A stretch of DNA of 64,000 bases from Candidatus Dojkabacteria bacterium (GCA_014729085.1 WJKM01000019.1:836-64835); one strand, 5' to 3'; positions 39,362 to 50,004 are shown, counted from the stretch's first letter. Notes: a model not told the origin generated them from the sequence alone. Made by a program: numbers and translations.

Positions 39362-39637
39362 ATGGAAATATTTCGTCCAAACCGATACTCTCTTGCAGAA
39401 GCATTAGGACAACCTTTGCCAATGGATACCGTTCCACCATTGGAGTTTATTATTGACCCAAGAATTGTTCCAGCAAAATTTTCAGCTGTTATGTCAACTC
39501 CCACAGCTCTTAATACTCACATTGGAACAAACCACTGTTGGTCATGCCCAAACTTTTTTCAGAATTTATGTGGTCAACATTTGTTTTCCTCCCAAACAGA
39601 AGAAGGATGCTTTACAGTTAATATTACTGGAAAGTAA
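39362..39637 (+). CDS. Hypothetical protein
   Basis: 91-aa ORF of atypical composition; a TATAAT-like box at ~39326. Confidence 0.25.
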   Translation: MEIFRPNRYSLAEALGQPLPMDTVPPLEFIIDPRIVPAKFSAVMSTPTALNTHIGTNHCWSCPNFFQNLCGQHLFSSQTEEGCFTVNITGK

Positions 39638-39850
39638 TTTCCGAAGCAGACTATTCTTAACTTTACTCTTCTACTCTTAGTCCCATATTAATGATATATC
39701 TATATATTCCTCATACTTCCCTCCATTGCAGTCCTTTTTTGTTAATACTTCAGAGGTTCATATATCAAAACTAATCAATAGTATTTTGCATGTTCATCAT
39801 CTTTCTTTAAAACTAAGTAGTATTCTTCTAACTATAACGCAAGCGATGGA

Positions 39851-41287
39851 TTAAACAATGCTTCCCTCCATACTCATTTGTATCAGTGCATTCAGTTCCA
39901 TTGCATATTCCATTGGAAGTTCCTTTACAACCGGCTCAATAAAACCAGAGACTACTAAAGCAGATGCCTCCTCTTCTGTTAGACCTCGCGACATAAGATA
40001 GAACAACTGGTCTTCAGACACCTTACTTACACTGGCCTCATGTTCAACTCTACTTTTCTTTTCATCTACCTCATTGGTTGGATAAGTATCAGTCTGGGAT
40101 TCATCATCTAATATTAATGCATCACAGTTAATCTTAGATTTTGTACCTTCAGCACCCTTACATATTTTAAGCAGTCCTCTATAACTTGAACGCCCTCCGT
40201 CCTTACAAATTGACTTAGAATTTATAATGGATGAAGTACCTTTTGCCTTATGAATAATTTTTGCACCAGCATCCTGATGTTGACCTTCTCCTGCTAAAGC
40301 AATAGACAAAACCTCCCCATGTGAGTTATCTCCTATCAGATGTACGGAAGGATACTTCATTGTAACCTTTGATCCAAGATTACAATCTACCCACTCCATA
40401 TTTGCGTTTTCATATACATATGCTCTTTTGGTAACAAGATTGTAAACATTGGTAGACCAGTTCTGAAGTGTAGTGTATCTAAATTTTGCCTCAGGCATAC
40501 AAACAATCTCCACAACAGCAGCATGCAGGGAATCTGTTGAATACACAGGTGCCGTACAGCCTTCTATATAGTGAATTTCAGATCCCTCATCTGCAATTAT
40601 CAGGGTTCTTTCAAACTGCCCCATATTCTGTGCGTTTATACGGAAATATGCCTGCAGAGGCATCTCAAGCTTCAATCCTTTTGGAACATAGATAAAAGTA
40701 CCACCAGACCATACAGCTGTATTTAAAGCAGCGAGCTTATTGTCTGAATAGGGAACGATTTTGCCAAAATATTTTTTGAAAATATCCGAATGCTTTTTAA
40801 GGGCAGTATCAGTATCTTCAAAAATTATTCCCTGTTTCTGCCACTTTTCTTTTAATTTATGATATACAACTTCGGACTCATACTGAGATGCAACACCTGC
40901 TAAAAATTTCCTCTCTGCCTGAGGGACTCCAAGTCTCTCAAATGTATTTTTTATTTCTTCCGGCACTTCCTCCCAGCTTTTCTTGGCTTCATCTGTTGCT
41001 CGGACAAAATAATGTATTTTATCGTAATCGATTCCAGAAAGATCAGGGCCCCATTTGGGATTCTTTTTTTTCGTGAAATATTCAAAAGCTTTCAATCGTT
41101 TCCTCAGCATCCATTTTGGTTCTTTTTTTAACTCTGAAATTTTTTTTATTTTTTTCTTATCTATACCTTCTCCTAAATCCCGAATTTTCTTATATTCATT
41201 CGAAAACCCATATTTCCCTTTATAGTCTGTATTAATGTCTCGTACATTTTTAGGTAGTAGTGTTTCTAATTTTTCAGTTTTATTCAT
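39851..41287 (-). CDS. sufB: Fe-S cluster assembly protein SufB
   Basis: 478 aa; ...[13 protein letters not shown]..., C-terminal [28 protein letters not shown], and the double-stranded beta-helix region typical of SufB. Confidence 0.85.
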   Translation of the reverse strand: MNKTEKLETLLPKNVRDINTDYKGKYGFSNEYKKIRDLGEGIDKKKIKKISELKKEPKWMLRKRLKAFEYFTKKKNPKWGPDLSGIDYDKIHYFVRATDEAKKSWEEVPEEIKNTFERLGVPQAERKFLAGVASQYESEVVYHKLKEKWQKQGIIFEDTDTALKKHSDIFKKYFGKIVPYSDNKLAALNTAVWSGGTFIYVPKGLKLEMPLQAYFRINAQNMGQFERTLIIADEGSEIHYIEGCTAPVYSTDSLHAAVVEIVCMPEAKFRYTTLQNWSTNVYNLVTKRAYVYENANMEWVDCNLGSKVTMKYPSVHLIGDNSHGEVLSIALAGEGQHQDAGAKIIHKAKGTSSIINSKSICKDGGRSSYRGLLKICKGAEGTKSKINCDALILDDESQTDTYPTNEVDEKKSRVEHEASVSKVSEDQLFYLMSRGLTEEEASALVVSGFIEPVVKELPMEYAMELNALIQMSMEGSIV

Positions 41288-41366
41288 AATAATTTTAATG
41301 AATTACCTAAGAAATTATAACAGTAACGATTGAATATAAACTTGAAGATAATATACTGCCCTTAAA

Positions 41367-42029
41367 TCAGGATGCCCGCCTTGTCTTCGACTCCGGCAAG
41401 AAAGAATTTTTGTAAATAGTTAATTTATTACCAAACAAAGAGCTTGAAGAGGATAACCTGTTAAATACAATGATACTTACAAGGGTTAAGGGCACTATAA
41501 ATAAATTCCCCAAGAATTGATTCCGTAGGAAAGGCAACGCATTTATATAGCTTTGAATTAACCCTTCAACATCTTTAGAATACATATTTGTAAGCAATAC
41601 AACTCCTAAATTAGTCCATATGTAAAAAATCAATGTAGAAATGACTCCTCCAGCAGTACTTAAAGTAACAGTTCTTGATAATCGCGTTCTATCTTTCTTT
41701 GCTATATATCTATCTATCATGATTCCAATAACAGGACCTGCTAAAAACCCGCTCCATGTAAACCAAAAAATGTTCGTATTGCCGATAATTAAGTCTGAAA
41801 AAAACATAATCAGAAAAGGAACCAGAAAAGAAATTCTCTTATTCTTGAAAAAAAATCCTGCAGATATAGAAAGTCCTGTCACAAATTCAATATTTGCACC
41901 AATATGAAAAGTTGTTCTAGTTAGGATTCCAATTAGAATAAAGACTGCGGTATAAAAGATATCTTTTTCATTTATCTTAACGTTATTCTTAATCTTATTA
42001 CTATCTTTATATTTATTCGTCATTCCCAT
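41367..42029 (-). CDS. Hypothetical integral membrane protein (possible small-molecule transporter)
   Basis: 220 aa with ~6 predicted TM helices. Confidence 0.45.
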   Translation of the reverse strand: MGMTNKYKDSNKIKNNVKINEKDIFYTAVFILIGILTRTTFHIGANIEFVTGLSISAGFFFKNKRISFLVPFLIMFFSDLIIGNTNIFWFTWSGFLAGPVIGIMIDRYIAKKDRTRLSRTVTLSTAGGVISTLIFYIWTNLGVVLLTNMYSKDVEGLIQSYINALPFLRNQFLGNLFIVPLTLVSIIVFNRLSSSSSLFGNKLTIYKNSFLPESKTRRAS

Positions 42030-42504
42030 AATTGTCTATAATATCAATCTCAAATTTTAATTCGTCTTCTTTTTCTACTTTATAAGAACTTACACCTACT
42101 GGAGATTCTTCATTGTTAATAAAAAATTCCCAAAATGAATCTTCATCAGGAGTTATTTCATTTATCGTGGTAATCATATTCCCAGCTTCACCATATTCTT
42201 CATATTCAAAGCTGAAAGACCCATCTTGCTCTTGCAATCTTTCCAACAGCATAAAAGCTGTCTCGTCTTCTTTATAAACTATTTCATATTCTTCCTTTTC
42301 TTCCTCCCCGCTTTCCACAATCAATTTTACAATCTCCTCCTTCTCCTCTTCACTCTCTCCTTGTTCATAGATAATTGGCTCATCTTTTGTTTTTGGAAGG
42401 TACTTCTGTTTAAATATAAATGCTCCACTCCAAAATATAAGAATTGGGAATGCGATTATCAAACCTGCCGAGATTTTTTTTATTAATTTCTTATCTAGTT
42501 TCAT
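42013..42504 (-). CDS. Membrane-anchored, highly acidic (Glu-rich) hypothetical protein
   Basis: N-terminal TM helix followed by EEEKEEIVKLIVESGEEEKEEYE. Confidence 0.4.
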   Translation of the reverse strand: MKLDKKLIKKISAGLIIAFPILIFWSGAFIFKQKYLPKTKDEPIIYEQGESEEEKEEIVKLIVESGEEEKEEYEIVYKEDETAFMLLERLQEQDGSFSFEYEEYGEAGNMITTINEITPDEDSFWEFFINNEESPVGVSSYKVEKEDELKFEIDIIDNYGNDE

Positions 42505-42593
42505 AAATATTATAGATTAAAAATTTATTGGTGCTAATACAGTTAATACAGGCAGTATAATAACACAAATCACTTCTCTACTCTACCCAATAT

Positions 42594-43394
42594 TTATACT
42601 CCCATTATCTTCTTAACTAGTTTAACTAATCCAGGTTTCAAATATTTATTAGATGCAATTACTCTTCTTGTGCTGTTTGTAATTTGCTGTCCTGTGAAAT
42701 CAACAACTTCAAGTCCTGCTTCTTTTGCAAGTAAGGTTCCTGCATAAAGTTCTTGTAATTCATCTTCAAAACAAATTACAGCATTTATTTTTCCCTCTGC
42801 AAGTAAACCCCAATCCACAACCGGTGCCCACATTTTAATTACTCTCCTAAATTGGCCTTCAAGCTTCTCCTCAAGATTATTTCCCTCCTCTAGTAAGGTT
42901 TGCACTGAAAAAGTTCTATGTCCCCGGATAAAACAAATAGTTGCCTTAGTTAAATTCTGAACTTCATTTTTATTTTGAATCTTATTTTCATTAATCTCGG
43001 CTCCTTGATTTCGTACTGCACAATACATTTTTTCCAAAATTGTATTGTAAATAACTGACAACACTATTGAACCTTCATGCGATAGTGCTATTGAACTTGC
43101 AAAATAAGGGATTCCCGAAAAATAATTGTTCGTTCCATCAAGTGGATCAATATACCAAACAAATGAATTGTCAATATTTCTTTCTCCACTTTCTTCTGTA
43201 TTAAACCCATGTGTGGGAAATTTTTTTTCAATTTCTTCTATCATTTTTTGTTCGGCTTTTTTGTCAATTGCAAGCCTCACATCATGACCCTCTTTACTGA
43301 TTACAGTCAGCGTTTTTGAAAAATTATCTATTATTAGGTTTTGAGGTGCCAATATTGCTTGTTTAGCAATTTTTAAATGTTTTTTGTAATTCAT
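42594..43394 (-). CDS. Inositol monophosphatase family protein (IMPase/SuhB-like)
   Basis: WYIDPLDGTNNY metal-binding motif. Confidence 0.8.
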   Translation of the reverse strand: MNYKKHLKIAKQAILAPQNLIIDNFSKTLTVISKEGHDVRLAIDKKAEQKMIEEIEKKFPTHGFNTEESGERNIDNSFVWYIDPLDGTNNYFSGIPYFASSIALSHEGSIVLSVIYNTILEKMYCAVRNQGAEINENKIQNKNEVQNLTKATICFIRGHRTFSVQTLLEEGNNLEEKLEGQFRRVIKMWAPVVDWGLLAEGKINAVICFEDELQELYAGTLLAKEAGLEVVDFTGQQITNSTRRVIASNKYLKPGLVKLVKKIMGV

Positions 43395-43412
43395 ATAAAA
43401 TCATCAATTAAA

Positions 43413-45089
43413 CTAGCTCCTATCAATAAATTCATGTTTGCTTGCTGGATCAGGCTTTTCATTCTTGGAGAATTTCAACATTGACACAAATTTATCTGCT
43501 TTAGAAGCTTTTTCAGCCATTTGATAAGCTAAAATTCTATAATTTATATGTCCGCCCGGTCTTACCCTAAGTCTTGTTATATAACTTAATTCCTTGACTG
43601 ATCCATGCAAATACAGTCGACAAATATTTGCAAATGGAAGTAATTGTACTAACAGACTCTTTGGAAACCATTGCTCAGACTCAACTTTCTTAATAAAAAC
43701 TTCTAATTTCTTATAATAACCTTTTAAATCGTTTTCGAATTCATCTACAATTGAATTTTTGATATTATCGTTATCTGTTAAATAAGCAGGAAGTGTATAT
43801 CCATCAAACATGTAATTTTCCAGATCTTTGACGGCGGAAAGCATTGGGACAAATCTACCCCAGGCTCTGTGTCTATTTAAATCTCTTGCCTCGGCAACAG
43901 AAGAAATAAGTTCAAAAGTATAATGATTTACCCTAAATTGATTGCCCATCTGTTTATGATGACAGAAATCATTGCAAATAATATCGGATAACTTTTCTCG
44001 TTCTTCTTGCTTTAAATTTTTCAACCACTTGATAAGCCAGTCAGTATCAACAAGAGGAAAAAGAGACATAATATTCTGCATTACAGCCTTCAAGCCGGCT
44101 GTTAAATCAAGGTCAAACAAGTTTACTTTGATTGGTTTGAATTTGTTCTCAGTATAAAAAAGAGCCTCTTCTTCGAAATTAATTTTTTTTAAATAATTTC
44201 CTAAGGCACTCAAATTGTTTGCTGTAGTTTCATCGTAATTTGTGTGCCTGATGAGATCTGGTGCTTCAGGAGTGTATCCAATCTTTTGAGCACATTCTTG
44301 ATCAGGAGCAAATAAGATCTCTAGCTGTTCGCCTAAATAATTCAAGTACAAATCTTTACAGGACTTAAGCATTGAAATGATGCGTGCCCATTCTCTTCCG
44401 GATGTTATATATGCAAGCGAGGTTTTTATGTTCATACCAGAAAGTAAAAAATATCTTGCAGAATCAAAAACTCTTGCCTGAAGAGCACTTCTTTGTTTTT
44501 TATCGCTCGTGTCAATTTCATATACTTTTTCATATTCTTTACTAAGTATTTCCTTATATTTCTCGTAATGCTCAAGACTATAACTTTGCAGTTCCTGTAA
44601 TTGCTTATCAATCTGCTTGTATGCATCCTTGGAAACCTTATCCTTTTTAAAATAATGTTTATAATCTTTAAGTGACATAAAGGCGCTGGAACTGAAATCC
44701 TGATATCTAGTTGACCTTTCTTGTCCACCCCCAACAGAAGTTTCATAAAAAAACTTAAATGCGTAAATTTGAGGAATATTTTCTATATAAGCAAAAAGCA
44801 TTGCCATATCAGCTACAGAGGCATGACCATAATTTTTAAATATATTGGCTAATTTTTTATTTGCATTCTTTCCTGAATCTCTGATTTCTTTAAACAATTC
44901 TCTAGCCGACAAATCAGAACGGGAGTATCTCGCACCTGCAAAAGCCATTATTGAGGCAGTTTGTTTTCCGTGGTTAGGTAATGCAGTTCTTACAGTAAAA
45001 TTTGTGCGCTTGTCATGCAAACTTACAATTACCAAGTCTGTCTCATCTGGATCTGAAATGGAAAACTCAAAATTTTCATATCTCTGCAT
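43413..45089 (-). CDS. ThyX-family (flavin-dependent thymidylate synthase-like) protein, long tandem-domain form
   Basis: C-terminal half: HYTFELISSVAEARDLNRHRAWGRF resembles the ThyX HxxFxF...RHR region. N-terminal half: GHASVADMAMLFAYIENIP...GQERSTRY resembles a degenerate second ThyX repeat without RHR. Confidence 0.45.
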   Translation of the reverse strand: MQRYENFEFSISDPDETDLVIVSLHDKRTNFTVRTALPNHGKQTASIMAFAGARYSRSDLSARELFKEIRDSGKNANKKLANIFKNYGHASVADMAMLFAYIENIPQIYAFKFFYETSVGGGQERSTRYQDFSSSAFMSLKDYKHYFKKDKVSKDAYKQIDKQLQELQSYSLEHYEKYKEILSKEYEKVYEIDTSDKKQRSALQARVFDSARYFLLSGMNIKTSLAYITSGREWARIISMLKSCKDLYLNYLGEQLEILFAPDQECAQKIGYTPEAPDLIRHTNYDETTANNLSALGNYLKKINFEEEALFYTENKFKPIKVNLFDLDLTAGLKAVMQNIMSLFPLVDTDWLIKWLKNLKQEEREKLSDIICNDFCHHKQMGNQFRVNHYTFELISSVAEARDLNRHRAWGRFVPMLSAVKDLENYMFDGYTLPAYLTDNDNIKNSIVDEFENDLKGYYKKLEVFIKKVESEQWFPKSLLVQLLPFANICRLYLHGSVKELSYITRLRVRPGGHINYRILAYQMAEKASKADKFVSMLKFSKNEKPDPASKHEFIDRS

Positions 45090-45135
45090 TAAAATAAGAC
45101 TAATAAATTAAATTTAAATTGATTGATATGTAATA

Positions 45136-45897
45136 TTATGACTCGTAAGTAGTCAGCATTAAGCTCTTTCTAAGCAGCATTAACTCATCCTCAGAAATAC
45201 CTTCTGAGTATGTTGCAGAAACTGTAAACGCTCGTGTTATCTTATTATCCTTCACATAATATCTGTGTCGCTGTTCAATATAAAACTGGATCCTTTCCCC
45301 GCTGAACTGCAAGATATAGAAAAGACATTCCTGGTTATTCACTGACTGAATATTTACTATCTGTTGTCTAGTTTTTAGTTTACTAACTGCTGTCGTAGCA
45401 ATTTCCCCAACTTTTTGACAAAACTGTGTATCTATCAATTCATTTTGGATAATCAGATCATCCTCTTTAAAATCACTAAAAATATAGTGAATGAAATTTG
45501 AAGTATTCTGTTGAGGATTTTTTATTGTGAACGTTCCCTCTTTTCCAGTATTATCATCACTTGGTTCATAGTTCGCTGGATGTACAACCAAGGTATTCCC
45601 ATACCTAGTTTTATCTAAGTTTTTATCCATATCTATATCAAGATTCTTCCAAAAATACTTAAAAGAAATAATTCTATCAGTATTTACATTTCTAAGTGTC
45701 TGGTCATCCGTTAAATCATAATCTATATCTTCATTTTTTTGGACAATGCTCAAATCATCTGTTGGGGGATCAATGAAATAGAAATATACAAAAACTGCTA
45801 AAGATGCAAATAAGGTAAAAAGAATTACCTCGGATAAAATATCAACAAGACGTATATCTTTCATGAATATGAATCTTAGAATTTGTTTATTATACAA
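45136..45897 (-). CDS. Hypothetical membrane-anchored protein
   Basis: N-terminal TM helix, no motif. Confidence 0.4.
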   Translation of the reverse strand: MYNKQILRFIFMKDIRLVDILSEVILFTLFASLAVFVYFYFIDPPTDDLSIVQKNEDIDYDLTDDQTLRNVNTDRIISFKYFWKNLDIDMDKNLDKTRYGNTLVVHPANYEPSDDNTGKEGTFTIKNPQQNTSNFIHYIFSDFKEDDLIIQNELIDTQFCQKVGEIATTAVSKLKTRQQIVNIQSVNNQECLFYILQFSGERIQFYIEQRHRYYVKDNKITRAFTVSATYSEGISEDELMLLRKSLMLTTYES

Positions 45898-45958
45898 TGG
45901 TTAGAAATATTAAAATAGGGCAAAGTATTCAAACCCCAATCTCTAACTAAACCAATCT

Positions 45959-46474
45959 TTACTTATTATCATATTTTTGCTCTTCATCATATAAAACTTC
46001 CATTTCTATCCTTCCCTGTTTAAATATTTCCCGTGTTCTTTGTGCTCTATGATACCTTCTTTGACAGACTACTCTTTTAATGCCAGCATTGACAATCATT
46101 TTGGCACAAACATAACAAGGTTCCATCCTACAATAAAGTGTAGCTCCATCTATGCTAATGCCAACTCTTGCAGCCTGGACAATTGCATTTTGTTCTGCAT
46201 GTGTCGTTCTTATACAATGTTTCGATTTACTTCCATCTAGATTGATTACTTCATGTATCTCATGGCCTACTTCGTCGCAATGAGGTAAACCTCTTGGTGC
46301 CCCAACATACCCTGTTGTCAGAATTTGCTTGTTTTTTACAATTACACATCCACTCCTTCCCCGATCACAAGTTGCTCTTTTGGCAACCTCTTCCATAATA
46401 TCCATAAAATATTCGTCCCAACTTGGACGTAAATATTCCGTTTCCTGTTTTTTAGACATGGTGCATTTGGTCAA
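45959..46474 (-). CDS. dCMP deaminase (CMP/dCMP deaminase zinc-binding family)
   Basis: HAEQNAI...PCYVCAKMIVNAGIKRVV zinc ligands. Confidence 0.8.
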   Translation of the reverse strand: MTKCTMSKKQETEYLRPSWDEYFMDIMEEVAKRATCDRGRSGCVIVKNKQILTTGYVGAPRGLPHCDEVGHEIHEVINLDGSKSKHCIRTTHAEQNAIVQAARVGISIDGATLYCRMEPCYVCAKMIVNAGIKRVVCQRRYHRAQRTREIFKQGRIEMEVLYDEEQKYDNK

Positions 46475-46532
46475 AATTTAAATTCTGAAAACAAAAAAAG
46501 TTTATCAATAAAAAATGAATACAACAAGATGA

Positions 46533-47309
46533 CTAAGAGAGAAACTTAATATTTTTTAGTCTTTGAAGTTCTTTACGATGTGTAAATTCTACTTTACAAG
46601 GGGTAACAGTAATACTATTTTTTACTAATTCACCGGAATCAGTACCTCGTGCCCATCCCTTACGCTCTACAACTGGTCTGTACTTAAAACTTTTATCGTC
46701 AATATCTTGGTAATTAGGCCAGTATCCGTCTTCAGCTGTCCTAACAATTTCGATTTTACTAGTCTTTTGAGATGGAAAATTCACATTCCAGAAAATTCTC
46801 TCTGGAATTCCCAATTCAAGGGCTCTTTTAATAATTTTTTCTATTATCTCGCCGGGATACTCAAGCAAGCTAGAATCAAAACTCCCATCGTGATCTTTAA
46901 GCCAATGTTTTGAACTACAAACCATGGAGAATGCAATACATGGTGTTTGTCTGGATTCTGCTGCGGCTATGGCAGCTCCAATTGTACCCGATGAGCACAT
47001 ACCATTGGAAACATTTTCACCAAAATTCAAACCGGATATAACAAGATCTGGCGATTTTTCTAAATAATCAAAAGCAAAGAAAACGCTATCTGCTGGAGTT
47101 CCATCAAGCCATATTACTTCTACACCATCTACAACTTCTTTTCCCCATTCTCCACCTTTTAAACTGAGTTTTGCTCCACATGCTGAATGTTGTTCTTTGG
47201 TTGCAATTATTTGAAAGTCAGCAAATTTTTCGACAATTCTCTTTATTAAAATTAAACCTTCCGCCCTTACAGAATCATCTCCAGTTAAAAGTAAAAATGG
47301 CTTTGTCAT
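46533..47309 (-). CDS. surE: 5'/3'-nucleotidase SurE
   Basis: MTKPFLLLTGDDSVRAEGL N-terminal DD motif and overall length. Confidence 0.8.
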   Translation of the reverse strand: MTKPFLLLTGDDSVRAEGLILIKRIVEKFADFQIIATKEQHSACGAKLSLKGGEWGKEVVDGVEVIWLDGTPADSVFFAFDYLEKSPDLVISGLNFGENVSNGMCSSGTIGAAIAAAESRQTPCIAFSMVCSSKHWLKDHDGSFDSSLLEYPGEIIEKIIKRALELGIPERIFWNVNFPSQKTSKIEIVRTAEDGYWPNYQDIDDKSFKYRPVVERKGWARGTDSGELVKNSITVTPCKVEFTHRKELQRLKNIKFLS

Positions 47310-47393
47310 ATTAGATACAAAATAAACAAAATAAAAACAAACATAAAATTATACTAAAAATCACTTCAGTAAAATTTCCTCTCATCCGATTAT

Positions 47394-47768
47394 TTAATAT
47401 ACTGCATTCTGAATCCATTCAATTTCAGTATTTCTACTGTCTTTCATTAATATACCGACAACATCAATTCTCCAATCCACTTCTTCTTTTTCTTGAGATT
47501 CCAACCAATATTTTGCGGTATTAATCAATGAACTTTTTTGTTTGAAAGTGATTAATTGTCTGAGATCTATATCTTTTGAAGTTCGAGTTTTTACCTCAAC
47601 AAAAACATATTCAATATTATCCTTCATAATTATGTCTATTTCTCCTCCCCAGATCGTGAAGTTTTGTTCAATCAATTCCAAATTATTCTTCTTCAAGAAA
47701 TTAAGAGCTAGCATTTCTCCTTTCTTCCCTAGTTCTTTCTTACTTTTTGAATTCTGATTATGGTTCAC
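47394..47768 (-). CDS. YraN/UPF0102-family endonuclease-like protein
   Basis: GGEIDIIMKD...VFVEVKTRTS core. Confidence 0.7.
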   Translation of the reverse strand: MNHNQNSKSKKELGKKGEMLALNFLKKNNLELIEQNFTIWGGEIDIIMKDNIEYVFVEVKTRTSKDIDLRQLITFKQKSSLINTAKYWLESQEKEEVDWRIDVVGILMKDSRNTEIEWIQNAVY

Positions 47769-48540
47769 TTTTTAAATTATTTGAATCCTTAAATATTTTA
47801 ATAAATAAAAAAGTAGCACTAATACTTGCTATCGGAATATACAAGAAATTAACTACAGGTATTGTAAATAATAAAGTAGAAATCAACCCAAAGATAATAA
47901 ACAAATCGACATTTGATAAGATTGTTGTTGCTTTTTGTTTGAAAGAATAATGAATTCGTTCAAAAGAAGGGTCTGTTAAGTCAAGAATATTAATAAAAAT
48001 ATTAAATCCATAATTAATGCAAACAAAGAATATATTTCCCACTACTGGAATTAAGTTTATTAATGAAGTTACAATAAAGATCAAAATTGTTAATAGTATT
48101 TTAATGAATTCAAATTTGATAGCCCTTCCCATCTCAAATATGAGAAGTTTCACTCCTTTATATCGCTGTACTTTTTGAATACGGTGTTCTTTAAGAATTT
48201 TCTCAATAATAATACCGTTAAATGGAGCGCTTATTATCATTCCCATTAGTAGAAAAAACCACAAAACAATAATCAAAGTAAAAATTATTCCAAAGAATCT
48301 CGCTAAATCCGGAATAAATGCAAAATCTTCTAGTTGTATATAATTAAGTCCTGAATTTATTAATTCCAAAATCCTTGAATAGAAAAAAATGAAAATAACG
48401 ATTGATAATATGAGATTAAGAATAAACGGAAGAATCAATAAAGGCCAAATTTGAATATTTCTTAAAATATATTTAACAGATTTTAGAATAACTCCGAAGG
48501 AAAAAAATATTCTTCTAATAATCCTTAAGAACTTCATCAA
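47758..48540 (-). CDS. Hypothetical polytopic membrane protein
   Basis: 260 aa with ~6-7 hydrophobic helices. Confidence 0.45.
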   Translation of the reverse strand: MMKFLRIIRRIFFSFGVILKSVKYILRNIQIWPLLILPFILNLILSIVIFIFFYSRILELINSGLNYIQLEDFAFIPDLARFFGIIFTLIIVLWFFLLMGMIISAPFNGIIIEKILKEHRIQKVQRYKGVKLLIFEMGRAIKFEFIKILLTILIFIVTSLINLIPVVGNIFFVCINYGFNIFINILDLTDPSFERIHYSFKQKATTILSNVDLFIIFGLISTLLFTIPVVNFLYIPIASISATFLFIKIFKDSNNLKSEP

Positions 48541-48998
48541 TATTTATTAATAGTAAAATCTATCAATTTCGAGCCTGAATGTACAAATTTGGCAGTAAAG
48601 AAATTAGGTTTTTCAAGAAGAGCAAAAATATGTTCGTAACTTGGCCAGATATTAAGCTTGCATAGATTATTATTTTCAATCCATTTTAACTCCCCTTCTT
48701 TACATTTTTGAATTTGTCCCGAATAACGATTTACAAGAAAAACATAACCGTACCATACTACTTTTTCATGTACGAATATTGCTAGACCTCTAAAATAAGC
48801 ATTTTGAACTAAAAGACCCGTTTCTTCTTTAACTTCTCTTGAAAGAGCTTCTTCCGGACTTTCTCCGACCTCGATTCCGCCACCTATACCTAGCCACTTA
48901 CCTTTGTGTAGATCATTTATTTTCTTGTTCCTATAAAGCATTAGGGTTTTATTACGCTTCTTAATAAAACCTAATACTCCCTGATTTTGTTTTTTCAT
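48537..48998 (-). CDS. NUDIX hydrolase
   Basis: GGGIEVGESPEEALSREVKEETGL Nudix box. Confidence 0.75.
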   Translation of the reverse strand: MKKQNQGVLGFIKKRNKTLMLYRNKKINDLHKGKWLGIGGGIEVGESPEEALSREVKEETGLLVQNAYFRGLAIFVHEKVVWYGYVFLVNRYSGQIQKCKEGELKWIENNNLCKLNIWPSYEHIFALLEKPNFFTAKFVHSGSKLIDFTINKY

Positions 48999-49051
48999 TT
49001 TAATTGAATAATTATATCCGAAGTTAGTCTTAACGCAAGCATCTTATATAT

Positions 49052-49360
49052 CTATCTCACCAACTTATTAATCTCATCTATAAATAAACTTTTGGGATGA
49101 ATACCCTCAATTTTTAATTTAGGTTTCTTATCTAAAAATATACCAAAAGAGGGTATTTTATTAATTCCAAACTCCTTTGCTATCTCTGGATTTTCATCTA
49201 CATTCAGCTTGTAAACATAAACCTTATTACTAAACTCATTCGTTAGTTCTTGCAAAATAGTATCAACCTTTTTATGTTCTTTTTGATACTTTGCATAAAA
49301 GGCAACTACAACAATACCATCATGAATTGCATCAGAAAAACTTGAGTTTTCAATTTCCAT
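49052..49360 (-). CDS. Thioredoxin-fold protein lacking the CxxC active site
   Basis: Thioredoxin-like spacing (VVVAFYAKYQKEHKK...KLNVDENPEIAKEFGINKIPSF), but YAKYQ replaces WCGPC; no Cys in the protein. Confidence 0.5.
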   Translation of the reverse strand: MEIENSSFSDAIHDGIVVVAFYAKYQKEHKKVDTILQELTNEFSNKVYVYKLNVDENPEIAKEFGINKIPSFGIFLDKKPKLKIEGIHPKSLFIDEINKLVR

Positions 49361-49521
49361 AAATATTAAACCTTAAAATATTGGACTATATCAATTTTAT
49401 AATTTATTAATCTTTTTGTACATTCTGTAAAAGAAATAAACTATTTGTTTAAAAGTAAATAGATTGATACTTGACTAAATAATAGAATATAATTATCACA
49501 CATTAAATTAAAACAAAAAAA

Positions 49522-49908
49522 ATGAAAGATTTTATAAAAAACAATTGGATTCTAATGATTGCTATAGTTTACATACTCCTCCCTGTTGACGTCATTCCCG
49601 ATTCAATACCATTAGTAGGAACAGGAGATGATTTTGTATTAATATTTGGAGAATTCATTAGAAGGTTAATTACTCAATATAAACAAGGGAAGAAAGTATT
49701 CAAAAGCAACTGGTTTCTAGTATTTGTACTGATCTATCTAATTTTAAGAATTGATCTACTTCCAGATATTATTCCAATTTTAGGTACTGGTGATGACGCA
49801 AGCTTAGTTGGAATAGAAATTATACGAAGACTTTTTGAAAATAAAAATCAAGAAAAAACTTCTAATAAAAAGCTCTTAAATAATTCCGAGAAACATTCTG
49901 AAAATTGA
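49522..49908 (+). CDS. DUF1232/YkvA-like membrane protein with an internal duplication
   Basis: Two copies of the motif LPVDVIPDSIPLVGTGDD and LLPDIIPILGTGDD. Confidence 0.6.
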   Translation: MKDFIKNNWILMIAIVYILLPVDVIPDSIPLVGTGDDFVLIFGEFIRRLITQYKQGKKVFKSNWFLVFVLIYLILRIDLLPDIIPILGTGDDASLVGIEIIRRLFENKNQEKTSNKKLLNNSEKHSEN

Positions 49909-50004
49909 CACCTTCTGTTCAAATCTTTATTATGTATATATACGTGCATTCAATCCAAAATTAGTTATTAAATTTTCCATTTTTTAATTTTTAAGATTTA
50001 CAAC

